Shown here piece after piece: positions 41,601-52,356 of a stretch of 64,000 nt of DNA (positions within the stretch are counted from its first letter, which is position 1; each line of letters begins with the position of its first letter). This DNA comes from Octopus bimaculoides (lineage: Eukaryota), in contig NC_068981.1 in the NCBI RefSeq assembly GCF_001194135.2, positions 8,511,074 through 8,575,073 of the forward strand, written 5' to 3'. The notes under the pieces were generated by a model that saw nothing but the letters and a program-made list of their open reading frames with translations, was not told the DNA's origin and did no database searches. The position numbers were made by a program, and so were the translations under genes.

Positions 41601-42230
41601 TGTGTGTGTGCGCGTGTGTATGTATGTGTGTGTTTCCCCCCCACCTCTTGACAACCATTATTGGTGTGTTTATGCTCCTGTAACTTAGTAGTTCGGCAAC
41701 AGAGACCAATAGAATAGGTACCAAGCTCTAAAAAGTAAGTATTGGAATCGATTCATTCCACTGAAATTCTTCAAGGCAGTGCCCCAGCATGACCACAGAC
41801 TAATGGCTGAAAGAAGTAAAGGATAAAAAGAAGAGCAGCTGGCTTGGTTCATGTTCAACCAACCGCAGCTGGCTTGGTTCATGTTCAACCAACCGCAGCC
41901 AGGTGTGGCTTAAGTGTTACACCTGGCCTCATACACAGATCTATAAACAATAATCAATCAGGTATAGATCTCCAGCCACAGTAGTTGGGTTGCTACAAGG
42001 CACCAGCAATGGCAGATGATCTGATAGGAGACGCACACATGATGCAGCAGCGGCTGTTTGGTCAGGCAACAGACTTCAGCAGCAGCAAACACTTGTTCTA
42101 CAACAATTAACAGATCGAACCAAGTTGTTTTCTCTTTTCTTTATCTCTTTCTGCTTTGTTGTGTGAAGGGATGAACACTTTATACACTGCTCTGCGTGTG
42201 TGTGTGTGTGTACATACATACATACATACA

Positions 42231-42266
<36 letters not shown>

Positions 42267-42546
42267 TGTGTATATATATATATTATGTATACATATATCA
42301 TGAGGCTTTCCTCTGTCTACTTCGCAAAAGCAAGGTAGACCGAGGAAAATGTGAAGGGGACAGGTGGAAGAGGAGATTGGGAGGGTTGGCTTGAGAAGGG
42401 AGGATGCCCAAAACCAGGCAAGATGGTGAGATTGTGTGAGGGTGGTTTCTATGGCACTGAGGTAGATCCGGCCACCCCCATTAATGGGGACAAAACCCGG
42501 ATTTAAAACACTGGATGATGATGATATATATATGTATATATATACA

Positions 42547-42620
<74 letters not shown>

Positions 42621-43156
42621 TGAGTGAGTGGACAGATGATAGAAGGGCACTCAACAAATTTATTAAGAGTTACATGTATGGATCAAAAGTTTGATTCAAA
42701 TTCATTGGTACACCAAGTTTCATGTGTGATGCTAATCTTCAGCTATTTTGAATTTGATTTAAATTCAAAATGGCTGAAAATTAGCATCACACTTGAAACA
42801 TAAACACACCAACACCAGTTGTCAAGCAGTGGTGGAGGACTAATACACACAAAAACACACACACCTGACAGGCTTCTTTCAGTTTCCATCTACCAAATCG
42901 GTGCAATTAATGTTAAGTTATTTCCCTTCACATCAGTGTTTTTCTTTTTTACATTTTGTTTTTATGAAAAATAATCAAACGTGTATCAAACAGTGTTGAT
43001 ATAAACTGTTAAAAGTGGTGCTCCAGCATGGCCTCAGTTTATTGACTAACAATCAATAAAAGAATAAATTCTAAAACTATAACAAATAAAACTGTTGCTT
43101 ACCAATCAGCAGCAATTTGTGGTCCCCGGTCCCCTGTCACGGCAATGGCCTTCTCA
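2296..43156 (-). CDS. UBASH3B: UBASH3/STS-family gene (UBA, 2H phosphoesterase, SH3, histidine phosphatase), partial multi-exon model; span from first to last exon found
   Basis: Eight exons read manually, all with AG/GT boundaries. Splice phases are 2-2-0-1-0-2 between consecutive exons, then an exon is missing, then phase 1. The translations follow the domain order and motifs of vertebrate UBASH3B/STS-1 as recalled from family knowledge. The symbol denotes the family homologue, not proven orthology to B rather than A. Confidence 0.93.
3710..4028. repeat. Inverted repeat, about 65-bp arms (3710-3774 and 3963-4028); MITE-like or fold-back
   Basis: The left arm core ataccaggatttgagata..ccagcaatca.caga recurs as its reverse complement; roughly 80% identity by eye. 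Confidence 0.75.
4425..4652 (+). mobile_element. Truncated RTE 3'-tail copy. Similar tails at about 11670-11885, 13865-14100, 21110-21320, 23835-24070, 26050-26270, 27375-27560, 28050-28240, 29478-29760, 45340-45600, 45880-46072, 46900-47300, 53300-53690, 61700-62080
   Basis: aaaagcacccactacactc...aggaagggcatccagctgtagaaac...tccaacccatgccagcatggaaa..gacgttaaa(tga)n, the same as the end of the 55440 LINE. Confidence 0.88.
4951..5222. mobile_element. Putative old MITE with about 24-bp imperfect TIRs
   Basis: Left aggtgagacaactcacctctgat; reverse complement of right end aggtgagacgactcatttctgat; no clean TSD. Confidence 0.45.
7002..7121 (-). CDS. UBASH3B: UBASH3 exon: phosphatase domain, (G)RYSRINLNLPKNMLKRKNYLDFIKDCPLTEVGKLQARLT(G)
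   Basis: tatttttag|GA AGA...ACT G|gtaagg; 120 nt, phase 1/1; matches STS 'GRYIRTNLNMP...DAPITVFGCMQARLVG'. Confidence 0.95.
7895..8116. other. Assembly gap in the interval where the missing catalytic exon is expected; one of many N runs (largest about 34622-35613 and 40466-41046)
   Basis: Run of N. Confidence 0.95.
9143..9385 (-). mobile_element. tRNA-headed SINE family A. Other copies at about 113-270+, 1740-1948-, 10958-11185+, 18380-18565-, 19712-19930+, 47398-47620+, 48660-48805+, 50520-50680+, 51335-51480+, 52366-52580+, 52646-52872-, 59075-59303+, 62715-62850+
   Basis: Recurrent ggcggcgagctggcagaatcgttagc...gttctgagttcaaattcc(B box)...ttgcctttcatcctttcggggtcgataaattaagtaccag; two alternative 3' ends. 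Confidence 0.9.
10007..10106 (-). CDS. UBASH3B: UBASH3 exon: SH3-phosphatase linker, SLMVVPATNMYNGLSEGDYDNLWVGEQDDIYNK
   Basis: ctctgtcttcaacag|G TCA...AAC AAA|gtaagt; 100 nt, open, phase 2/0, which fits the SH3 exon. Support is splice signals and phase rather than homology. Confidence 0.75.
13423..13631 (-). CDS. UBASH3B: UBASH3 exon: SH3 domain, VREVTRSYSSNNEDELELVEGDHVLADPIELSNSKNGWCKGISTLTGSVGMFRIGCTMRTSETSTWTLH(K)
   Basis: attttacgacag|GTT CGT...CAT AA|gtgagt; 209 nt, phase 0/2; EDELELVEGD and GWxxG SH3 motifs; not in the ORF track. Confidence 0.93.
14100..14630 (-). mobile_element. Degenerate RTE LINE fragment
   Basis: ARINIRWRKFRELLPLLATEGFSLQVKGRLYNACIQTEMLHGSET, homologous to the ORF at 55491. 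Confidence 0.85.
14640..15140 (+). mobile_element. Degenerate R4/Dong-like C-terminal fragment
   Basis: Broken translation gives TDRLYLPRK, HGRF and WLWLTDGNLK.ETKVLIVATQE, typical of the post-RT region of this clade. Confidence 0.6.
16588..17135 (+). mobile_element. tRNA-headed bipartite SINE family B with internal (TA)n/(TG)n. Other copies at about 6250-6650, 9553-9985, 12625-13000, 29333-29965, 37770-37950, 38455-38800-, 38922-40430, 41430-41830, 63820-64000
   Basis: ggagtggctgtgtggtaag...ggttcagtcccactg (B box)...gaaactgaaagaagccc-[microsatellite]-ccaccatcgcttgacaacc...gctccagcatggcc...gaaacaaataaaaga. Confidence 0.9.
17446..17615 (-). CDS. UBASH3B: UBASH3 exon: second 2H motif, VTMDPRRQQLHMTLAYQYSKDQHERLLRYAKEIDLNSDVKWEFRLYSRDPRAGECE
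   Basis: ttctctttgtag|GA GTC...TGT GAG|gttagt; 170 nt, phase 1/0; QLHMTLAY matches STS 'QLHVTLAY', LYSRD matches 'IFSRD'. Confidence 0.95.
19085..19710 (+). mobile_element. RTE-clade LINE 3' end, same family
   Basis: SVQERRLRWYGHVVRMDEDSCVKK...GRGRPRKTW followed by UTR array, gap, tail and (GAT)n. Confidence 0.9.
24880..25120 (+). mobile_element. Degenerate RTE LINE 3' fragment
   Basis: agagaaaagttgggcataagagg...tgcaagagagaagactatgttggtttggacatgtg parallels 55850-55930. Confidence 0.75.
26927..27119 (-). CDS. UBASH3B: UBASH3 exon: 2H domain middle, AEDSKIPYLTKALNKLQEKLLKAPGHLELEFFSQVNFIGLLVQKCYYDFLEEIVADYAEEIRKV(G)
   Basis: ttttgtttcacag|GCA GAG...GTA G|gtaagg; 193 nt, phase 0/1; EDSK and NFIGL match STS-1. 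Confidence 0.93.
28545..28645 (+). repeat. About 34-bp tandem repeat (ggattatgtctagatctatattatctga...), three copies
   Basis: Seen directly; lies about 85 bp into the intron after the 28730 donor. Confidence 0.8.
28730..28916 (-). CDS. UBASH3B: UBASH3 exon: UBA end plus first 2H motif, LLSHCNDSTLDQKTCQEYILYLCPVGPLQKQLADYFEKTRVQCGWNGAHAYFPHITLCHFFK
   Basis: ttttgtttcag|G TTA TTG...TTT AAG|gtagag; 187 nt, phase 2/0; contains PHITL; overlaps track ORF 28688..28912. Confidence 0.95.
31818..32002 (-). mobile_element. Family H copy running into the gap, with an inverted copy of the element's 3' tail at its 5' end
   Basis: The minus strand gives gggcatatggtgtagtggttaagagcgc...gattccaggcagtgacctgaataat...cattgaaaagtaccttag. 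31943-32002 on plus matches the tail at 36607-36662. Confidence 0.8.
32010..33460 (-). mobile_element. Degenerate non-LTR retrotransposon RT fragment, R4/Dong-like
   Basis: IRILTGILQGCSLSVILSVLAGNSLSALL resembles the GIxQGDSLSPLLF..NPLSxLL motif of REL-type elements; multiple stops and frameshifts. Confidence 0.65.
36367..36662 (+). mobile_element. Most complete family H copy: tRNA-like head, (AAT)n, decayed hammerhead, tail
   Basis: A box-like tggcgtagtgg; B box-like gagttcaattc; CUGAAGA...GAAA at 36542-36573; tail ends ...atagaactgta. Confidence 0.8.
36700..36960 (+). mobile_element. Degenerate RTE LINE fragment
   Basis: The nucleotides gaatagccaagg...tgggaaaagttc...aaagtgaaaggcagattgtatgatgcttgtg parallel the 55600-55720 region. 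Confidence 0.7.
37080..37750 (-). mobile_element. RTE LINE reverse-transcriptase core fragment, degenerate
   Basis: GIHQGSALS and LLYVDDLVL (YADD-box equivalent) in ORF 37163..37486. Confidence 0.85.
39096..39294. mobile_element. Tc1/mariner-pogo-type MITE, 199 bp, TA-flanked
   Basis: TA|CAGTAATCCCTCA ... TGAGGGATTACTG|TA: 13-bp perfect TIR with TA on both sides. Confidence 0.85.
39325..40225 (+). mobile_element. RTE-clade LINE 3' end, same family, nested in a SINE
   Basis: MQERRLHWYGYVLWMDEE...GRGRPRKAW, then array and tail ending in gatgatgat. Confidence 0.88.
42300..42525 (+). mobile_element. 3' end of another RTE-like LINE with (GAT)n tail
   Basis: GKCEGDRWKRR-like coding remnant, then atccggccacccccattaatggggacaaaacccggatt...gatgatgat. 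Confidence 0.55.
43103..43156 (-). CDS. UBASH3B: UBASH3 exon: C-terminal half of the UBA domain, EKAIAVTGDRGPQIAAD(W)
   Basis: tttccatttccag|TGAGAAG...GCTGATTG|gtaagc; 54 nt, phase 2/2; resembles STS UBA 'AQKALASTGGRSVQAACDW'. Confidence 0.88.
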
Positions 43157-43364
43157 CTGGAAATGGAAATGGAAAATGACATTGGATTTGATTGACATTG
43201 GAGACAGAGAGAGAGAGAGATAAACTAGAGAGAGAGAGAGAGAAACTAGAGAGAGAGAGAGAGAGAGAAACTAGAGAGAGAGCGAGAGAGAGAAAGAGAA
43301 TGGTACAACAAGGTGTTGGGACATAACAAAATTAATCATTATGACATCATCATCATCTTTTAAC

Positions 43365-43730
43365 CTGCATATGCCATCCATCTTGGTCCTGCATTAGTTG
43401 AGGGAGGTCTTCGGAGAGGCACCCAGTGTTTCTGTTAAGTTGATCAACACACATTGTGTACAGACGACCTGTTCAAGCATGACCATGTTTTGGCATCCAC
43501 AGCGGTGGGTCATTGGCCAGCTCTTGTTTATCTCGCCAGCAATGTCCTGCAAAGTGTAAATGACTTTCCCTTATAATAGTGGAAGCAAGCAGCAGTTTCT
43601 TGGTGGGATGATTTCTCCAAGATATATTTAAGACTGCTCTTAACATTTGGGTGTAAGTTCTATCTAGCTGGGTTTCCAGATTTTCGGTAAGCGTCCAGGC
43701 TGTTGCTTCATCTAAAAGGACATACTAAGA
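43365..43730 (-). mobile_element. A different RTE-like LINE family, C-terminal fragment
   Basis: Manual translation gives AWTLTENLETQLDRTYTQMLRAVLNISWRNHPT...LHFAGHCWR...DQLNRNTG, with one stop. Confidence 0.75.
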
Positions 43731-44817
43731 CCTAAAATTATTTCTTTACAGAGCAAACTGTAGCAGTAACAGCAACAGCAGTAGCGTCATCACAACTGTT
43801 GAGAACAATTTCCATAAAGACACATTATGTGGGACAAAAGTGAAGGATGCAGTTGTGATGATGTTTGAAGTTTGTCAATGAGTTGGGGAGGTGAAAGGTG
43901 AGGGGGATGTTGAGACTGAAGGGAAATATAGGGAGAGACGTAAGTAGAGGAGAGCAAAGGTTGTTGTGGAAAAGACCAAGAGAGGAAACAGCATAATTGT
44001 GAATTGAGGCTTCTAGAAGATTGGTGAGGGAATCGGTGACATTCAGTGGAGTTGATGCCTTTGGAGTGAATGGCTTCCGAGAATCTAGATTTTTCTATGA
44101 ATTCTTTTTTATTGTTCTCAGCTTTTGCACAAAGAAATTTATGAGAGTTTAACTTTTTAACTTGTGCTAATTTCAAGTCAAATTTAGGTCAGAGCAGAAA
44201 ACAGACGAAAAAGCGGTTCGTTTAGCCTGACCTAACTAAGAAAAATATAAAACTACAGAACCCAAATTCAGTTCTACTTCTTTCACTTGGCCTCTTGGTG
44301 GGAAGAACACATCTGCCTGCATCTCCCTTTGCTAATACCTTATCATGGTGGGACTATACAACTGTCTCTCTCTCTACTGGTCAACACAGAGAGGTAAGTG
44401 GGAGTTAAACGATGATGCTGATGGTGATTATTGTTAAACCATTTTTTGATGCAAAGACGTGTGTATGTGCACGTGTATGTATGTGCATGTGTGTGCATGC
44501 ATGTATTACACATACTTATATGCACATTATTCAGAACTGTGTTACTACTGAGTTTGTCATTCTGTGCAACATTTTAAGATTGAAATATTTCATTGCTCTC
44601 AGTGTCATGTATGGTTCCCCTCCCCACCACTGACTCCACACCACCCGCACTCCAGTCCCCCACTTTGCTCCGCTGGTTATTCTGTAGTAACTTGTTGTTG
44701 TTGAATCATATGACTTTTGTTGTGTGTCTGTTAGTAATTAAAATACCCCAAAAACTGACTTGAAGGAACAACACCAGGGGGTTGGTGGGGAGGATAGAAC
44801 TGCAGTGGCAGTGGTGC

Positions 44818-44896
<79 letters not shown>

Positions 44897-46070
44897 GGAG
44901 AGTGACTTCAATAAACATTGCTCAGTATAGTCTTCCTTTTATTTAAACACACACACACACATAAATACCCCCACCCTATGTATATGTAATATCAATTTCA
45001 TTTGGGTTTTAACCTTGCTTTATTCAGCTCATCCATGGGTAACAGCGATCACAGACATATAAAATGGAAATGGATAGTTTTACTGATAACATATCTGACA
45101 ATCCATACACACCCATGGAGTTTATATAATTATTAACAAGGACAACAGAGTTAACAATTCAATCTATTACATCATTTTACAATTGTTTCATTGATATTTT
45201 AAGAGGATTGCTATATTATCTTAATATGTGTAACAATATATTGCATTGATATTATTATGCTAATAATGCCAAAATATTGACTCATCAGGTTTATGTATAA
45301 AATCCAATTACTGAATGAACTTGTACATTCAAGAATCATCATTATCATCATCATCATTTAACGTCTGTTGTCCATGCTGGCATGGGTTGGACGGTTTGAC
45401 TGGGCTGGCACACTGGAAGGCTGCACCTGACTCCAGTTTGATTTGGTATGGTTTCTACGGCTGGATGCTCTTCCTAATGCCAGCCACTCCAAGAGTGTAA
45501 TGGGTGTTTTTACATGCTACCAGCATGGGTGCCATTTGTGTGACACCAGGGTGCATTTATGTGCCACTGGCACAGGTGGCAGTTTGCGTGACACCAATAT
45601 CTGCCACAACACTACATAATGCAAAAGGTCTCGGTCACTGCCTCCGTGAAGAATATATTAATTATTTTCGTAGCATCTAATATCCATCCCAGAAAACTTC
45701 TAAACAGCATTTCATTAATAAATATGGGGAATATGATAAAATATATAAATACATAATGTGTCTCAAAGAAATATATCTTGGTATATATGAACATTTCACT
45801 TTGGTTATATTCAATAAATATACACAATTTCTGCACAACTTTATATGTGTGTGGGTGTGTGTGTGTGTGTGTGTGTGTGTGCTGGTGCCATATAAAAAGC
45901 ACCCAGTAGAATCTGTAAAGGGGTTGGTGTTAGAAAAGACATCCAGCTGTAGAAACAATGCCAGATCAGACTGGAGCCTGGTGCAGCCTTCTGGTTTGCC
46001 AGTCCTCAGTCAAACCATCCAACCCATGTCAGCATGGAAAGTGGAAGTTAGACGACAATGATGATGATGA

Positions 46071-46107
<37 letters not shown>

Positions 46108-46207
46108 GAGAGNNNNNNNNNNAGAGAGACATACATAGTGAGTTCACATTAATTCATTCAAAAACTGTTTAACAATTGGTTTTCAGTTGATAAATGTTAA
46201 CAGTCTG

Positions 46208-46253
<46 letters not shown>

Positions 46254-46389
46254 TCATAGCAATGATTCGGTGCCTCTTGACACCACAGTGCCATAATTAC
46301 TCTGGACACTGAAACTACTAGTTCTAGAGAATCGTTAAGGCTTTTGAGATCAACCTTCATGATTCTAAAAGAATCTAAATTAAAAACCT

Positions 46390-46530
46390 TATTTCCATCA
46401 GAATTTCACGTTATGTTTCAAGACATGAGCTTAATAATAATGACAAAGCTATTTTACTTAATTCCTCATTGTTTCCAAAATTAATTGAAACAAAGGCAGT
46501 AAATTTCAACAGAAATATAAGAAAAAGGTA
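46390..46530 (-). repeat. Unclassified AT-rich dispersed repeat; opposite-orientation relative at about 59530-59830
   Basis: The reverse complement atatttctgttgaaat...tttcaattaatttt...agtaaaata...gaaacataa matches 59600-59730. Confidence 0.6.
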
Positions 46531-47307
46531 AATGCTTAGAAATGAAACCTATTCACATTTTTGTGGCTTGAAATTTTGTATATATATATATATACAAATA
46601 TGATATGTGAGAATTAGTTGGTTGTCATAATAAAACTCAGAGTTTTGGATACTGGGGCTGAAAACTGCTCCGGCATTTCATCAGTTATTAAGACAAAACG
46701 CTATGGAAAAAAAACCCATTGAATAAAGGGAAATTACTCCAATAGGCATGGCCAAAGTAATACTTTGTAGAATCCACATATGCACACATACACACACGTA
46801 TGTATATATATCAATATACATACTAACACACGCGTGAACATATACATACAAACACACATATATACATATATATGTCTACGCATATATATATATATATATC
46901 ATCATCATCATCATCATCGTTTAACGTCCGCTTTCCATGCTAGCATGGGTTGGACGGCTTGACCAAGGACTGGTGAAACCGGATGGCAACACCAGGCTCC
47001 AATCTAAATTTGGCAGAGTTTCTACAGCTGGATGCCCTTCCTAACGCCAACCATCAGAGAGTGTAGTAGGTGCTTTTACGTGTCACCTGCACGAAGGCCA
47101 GTCAGGCGATACTGGCAACGACCACGCTCGAAATGGTGTCTTTTATGTGCCACCCGCACAAGCCAGTCCAGGGGCACTGGCAACGATCTCGCTCGAAAAT
47201 CCTACGGAGGCCAGTCAGGCGGTACTGGCAACGGCCACGCTCAAAATGGTGCATCTTATGTGCCACCCACACAAGAGCCAGTCCAGGGGCACTGGCAACG
47301 ATACAGA

Positions 47308-47376
47308 TGAGGTGATATGTTAATGAGGTGTTATGTTAATGAGGTGCTATGTTAATGAGGTGCTATGTTAATGAGG
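47308..47376 (+). repeat. 16-bp minisatellite (gaggtgNtatgttaat), about 4.3 copies
   Basis: Seen directly between an RTE tail and a SINE A head. Confidence 0.9.
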
Positions 47377-47918
47377 CAATATTATAATATAACATTAATA
47401 AGGTGGTGAGCTGGCAGAATTGTTAGCATGCATGGGCAAAATGCTTAGTGGCATTTAGTCCGTGTTTGTGTTCTGAGTTCAAATTCTGCTAAGGTCGATT
47501 TTGCTTTTCATCCTTTTGCAGTCGATAAAATAAGTACCAGAAAAACTGTGGGGTTGATGGAATCGACTTATCACCCTTCCCCGAAAATTGCTGTCCTTTT
47601 GCCAAAATTTGAAACCAATATTACACATTAATTTGATGGTATTTTAATGTAGCAATATTTTAGTATTATGTGTTCATGATGTAATACATGTAGCAATATG
47701 TTATTGCTGGATCCAGAATCTTTTATACAGAACCTGTGGTCAACATTTTGACAATTCACTGCTGTACATACATACACACACATTCACACACATTCACACA
47801 CACTCTCACACAGAGGCATGCATACACACTCACACAGAGGCATGCATACACACTCACACAAGCATGCATACACACACTCACACACACTCTCTCTCTCCCA
47901 CACTCTCTCTCCCACACA

Positions 47919-47996
<78 letters not shown>

Positions 47997-50716
47997 AATT
48001 CTGGAGTAAATATTCACGAAATGAGACTCATTTTGCTATGTTTTATGTATTTATTTCATTTTACTTCAAACCACAAAAAAAAAAACAACCTCCAAAAAGA
48101 AAAAAAGTTGAAATAAAATCCGAGATGTAAATTAAGAGGAAATTTATTATCTTCATTGAGGAATGCATTATGGGTAACTGGAGTAAAAAAGGAGGGAAAT
48201 AGGTGAAGCAGTGACTAATTTATAATGTAATATGATGAAAAACAACAGCAACAACAACAATATCTGGTGGTTGGTAGGGAACGGAGGATGGTGAGTGTTT
48301 TGTCATAATAAGCCTAAGTGGTTTGATTAGCAGCAGTGTGTGAAATGTGGGAGAGCATTGCCAAGGACAAGGACAACGAAATGACAAGAGAAGAAGAAAG
48401 AGAAGGATGTGGGTGGAGGTGTATGGTGGTGTCAATGAGAACGAGTAGAGGGGGGATGCGACAGAAGAAGAAGAAGAAGGTGAGGAGGAGAGGAAACTGA
48501 GCAGGTCACTTGGTGTTTAGTTCCAGGGGCCAGCCTTGATTAGAAAGGCCAAGGATCAAAGGCACTCCAGCCGTGACCATCCCAGCATTTTCAACACTTA
48601 GAGCTAGTCAGAGTGCCCTTTCTGACATGGTAAGGGTAGTTGCAGTTTAATTATGAAACACTTCGCCTTTCATCCTTTCGGGGTTGATAAATTAAGTACC
48701 AGTTACGCACTGGGGTCGACGTAATCAACTTAATCCCTTTGTCTGTCCTTGTTTGTCCCCTCTATGTTTAGCCCCTTGTGGGCAATAAAGAAACGAAACA
48801 AGAAACAATGTATCACACGTTACATTATGATGATGATGATGATGACAATATTTAATATAAAAACAGATCAAATGTCAATTCATGTAAGTCGACATGGTAT
48901 GAATTAATACAAGTCATTGTTACTATGTCATATGACAATGACAGTTACTATATGTCATATGACAGAGTATATGAGAGTATTACTATGTCATGTGACCTTG
49001 CTATTATTATAACATGACTATTATATATATATATATATATATATGAATGTATGTATGTATGTATGTATGTATATAATATAAATAATATATAAATATATGC
49101 ATATATCCATACATATATGTACATACCTACATATATATGTATATATACATGCATATATGAGTACAGGACGTCAAAAAAACGTTAAACATAATGAGAAATG
49201 AAAACATAGAAAACGAACTTTTTTTCAAACAAAAAAAAAACAAAAAACAAATAGAGAAACGAGACATGCAACATAAAGAGTATAGCCCTTCGTCAGTTGT
49301 CCCTGTTCCATCTACTCCACATTTCGAAATATGCATACAGAGAGAGAGGCAGAAAGAGAAATAGAGAGAGAATGTTGGCAAGTTCCATAATATAATCTCA
49401 GTGACTATCGGTTTCATCTGAAGATTCTTCACTTTATGAAACTGATGATCACAGAGATATATTGATTTTCCCAAATTGAATATTACAATACAAACAATAT
49501 TGAGTTCTCTCTTTTTTTCTTAGAAGTAGGAGTACACAGCAATCAAACCTTCATCTCTCTCTCTCTCTCTCTCTCAAACACACATGTGTAGATCAACTCC
49601 CAACATTCCAAGTTCAAATCCAACGCAGGTCAGTTTTGCTTTTATTCTTTTGGGAGTCAATAATTAGTCATAAACCAGAGACTGAGACAACTGCACTCCA
49701 CCCTCCAGACATGAAGAGCCTTGCACCAAAGTGAAAAATATTATTTAGTTTGCTTTGTATGTGAATTGCTAGGGCATTCACAGGCTGATCACATAATCAA
49801 GAATTTCCAAGTTAATTAAGTAAGCACTGGAAGACAAAGGTATTTCTAACAAAGTCCAGCATTCCAGCATTCTGACTACTGATGAAGAAGAGTTTCCACA
49901 TGTTCGCTTTTATGTATCCAAACATATTGAAGGAAATTCCCAGAACTCAAAATGTTAGAACATCAAGTAAAATGAAGTAGCAGTAGTAGTAGTAGGGGGA
50001 CATGTGCTGTAACAGTGTGTTGTTGCATCCATCATTTGTTGGTGATTGCTTACTCCTGGCAGGTGATGCCTTTGCAGGTGGCAACCTCCCAGCCGATGGG
50101 TCTGTTTGGGTAGTTGTTGCTTTATGGGGTAGGAGGGCAAATCCTACCTCAACCTCTTTTACTTGCCTTTCGTTATGTAATGCAGAGGCAACACTGAGCC
50201 CAGTCTTTGACATGCTCGTCCCCACACAGCATGAGAGCAACGTGAAATGAAATGTTTTACTCAAAAACATAACATGCTGCCCCATCCAGGAATTGAACCT
50301 GTGATCTTGTGAATCTTCAGAGCATCACACAAAATACTGAACAGCATGTCTTGCAGCTTTTTAATCTCAGATAATTCAGACAATTGGATGAAGAAGTCCA
50401 TGGCAGTTAGCATCTTGTGGGACCCCTTGATCATAAATTGTAATCTATATTCACAGTGGCCCCTTCTTCATCTGTTATCCCTGTGGCAAATAAAGGAAAC
50501 CATTGTTATTCTATTGTTTCTTTCAGTTATGTTCTGGGTTGAACATTCTGCTGAGGTCAGTTTTGCTTCTATCTTTTTTGGTTTCATAAAGTAATAAGTA
50601 CCAGTCATATATTGAGGTTCATGTAATTCACTAATTTCCTCCCACTAAAATTGCTGACTTTCTGCCAAAATTTTAAGCCACTATCATCATCATCATCATC
50701 ATCATTATTATTATTG

Positions 50717-51042
50717 TGAGGGTGTGTGGCTTAGTGGTTAGGGTATTTGGTTCACGAATGTAAGGTCATGAGTTCAATTCCCGGCAACGTGTATCCTTGA
50801 GCAAGACACTTTATTTTCACGCTGCTCCAGTCCACTCAGCTGGCAAAAATGAGTTGTATCTGTATTTCAAAGGGCCTGGCCTTGTCACACTCTGTGTCAC
50901 ACTGAATCTCCTTGAGAACTACATTATAAGGGTACACGTGTCTGTGGAGTACTCGGCCACATGCACATTAATTTCACAAGCAGGCAGTTCCATTGATTGG
51001 ATCAACAGGAACCCTCATCGTCATAATCGACAGAGTGCCATC
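50717..51042 (+). mobile_element. SINE family C copy
   Basis: gtgtggcttagtggttaggg (A box)...gagttcaattccc (B box), the central block and a 3' end matching 56752-56950. Confidence 0.85.
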
Positions 51043-51076
<34 letters not shown>

Positions 51077-51479
51077 TTGGTTTTGCTCAGGTTCGGTTTT
51101 ATTCCTGATAGGATTTATGTGGGTAGTGGGTTACTACCCGTAACCTTATGTATCCACAAGTTTTCAGCAGTCTTTCAAGTGCTTAGAACCCTCCTGGTAA
51201 TCCTTGCTGTCCCTAAGAAACAAGCTTTCTGTAGGAGCTCATTCTATTTCAATCCTCTTCAGCCATTTGGCTATCTCTTTTTGCTTACGTTTCCCAACAC
51301 ACCAATTATTATAGGCACGACCTTTACTCTTCGTATGTATTCCACTGAGGTCAACTTTGCCTTTCATTCTTTTGGGGTTGATAAATTAATACCAGTGAAA
51401 CACTGGTGTTGATGTAATTGACTTATTCCCCCCGCCAAAAAAAAAAAAATGGCTGCCCTTGTGGCAAAATCTGAAAAAA

Positions 51480-51572
51480 TTATTATTATTATTATTACTA
51501 TCATTATTATTATTATTAGTATTACTATCATTATTATTATTATTACTATCATTATTATTATTATTACTATCA

Positions 51573-51609
<37 letters not shown>

Positions 51610-51637
51610 TATTATTATTACTATTATTATTACTATC

Positions 51638-51669
<32 letters not shown>

Positions 51670-51722
51670 TATTATTATTGTTATTACTATCATTATTACT
51701 ATCATTATTATTATTATTATCT
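51480..51722 (+). repeat. Compound (ATT)n microsatellite with periodic ACT-ATC interruptions, expanded from a SINE A tail
   Basis: Seen directly; explains the poly-I, poly-L and poly-Y ORFs. Confidence 0.95.
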
Positions 51723-52320
51723 ATATTTGCTCTCTTAAACTAATTTTAAAATCATTTTTGCCAAACTGAAAGTATGATACCAGGAATAGGATCTGAGCAA
51801 CTGATTTCACTTTTTACTTACATTTTAGCAGATAACCACCCCTAATTAGTTGCTTAACAAAACCAACATAATTAGAACAAATAAACCAAGACTTAAGGCC
51901 CTGCTATCAAAACCCTTTGCTGAGGAATTAAAACAATTGTCAGAGATGGTTCGACAACAACATACGATAGAGTTAATAAGAAACCAAAGGAGACAGCTAG
52001 AACCAAGAGACACTTTCTTGTGTAGCAGCACCATGTGATGATGAAAAACAGCAGAATCTTGTAATACAAAACAAGAGCCTCTTATGTGGAAGTGGTTTAT
52101 GATAAAAATAGAATTTGTGTCCAACCAGTGAACACCATTAAGTAATGAGAACTAAAGTACCTCACACAAACACAACAGCAAGACAGATGTTAAAATGGTA
52201 AATGTTGATCCTGCCAATACTTTAGTTTCCTGTTCTTACATTTCTTAAGACAGAATGGTAAATACTGTTTCTTCTTATCTTAGAAATCATTAACCATTTC
52301 TGATTATTCTAATGAGATTC

Positions 52321-52356
<36 letters not shown>

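Noticed and set aside
46690-46760. SLYSMGFFFHS as the missing UBA first exon
   Set aside because: The MGF comes from an A-run, the preceding helix does not fit, and the donor is poor.
47075-47300. CRISPR-like repeat-spacer array
   Set aside because: Units are contiguous without unique spacers, embedded in a eukaryotic LINE UTR, and there are no cas genes.
49260-49310. CTGACGAAGGG on the minus strand as a third hammerhead
   Set aside because: No downstream GAAA.
51850-52038. 62-aa helical-looking ORF
   Set aside because: No recognisable family, splice context or repeat match.
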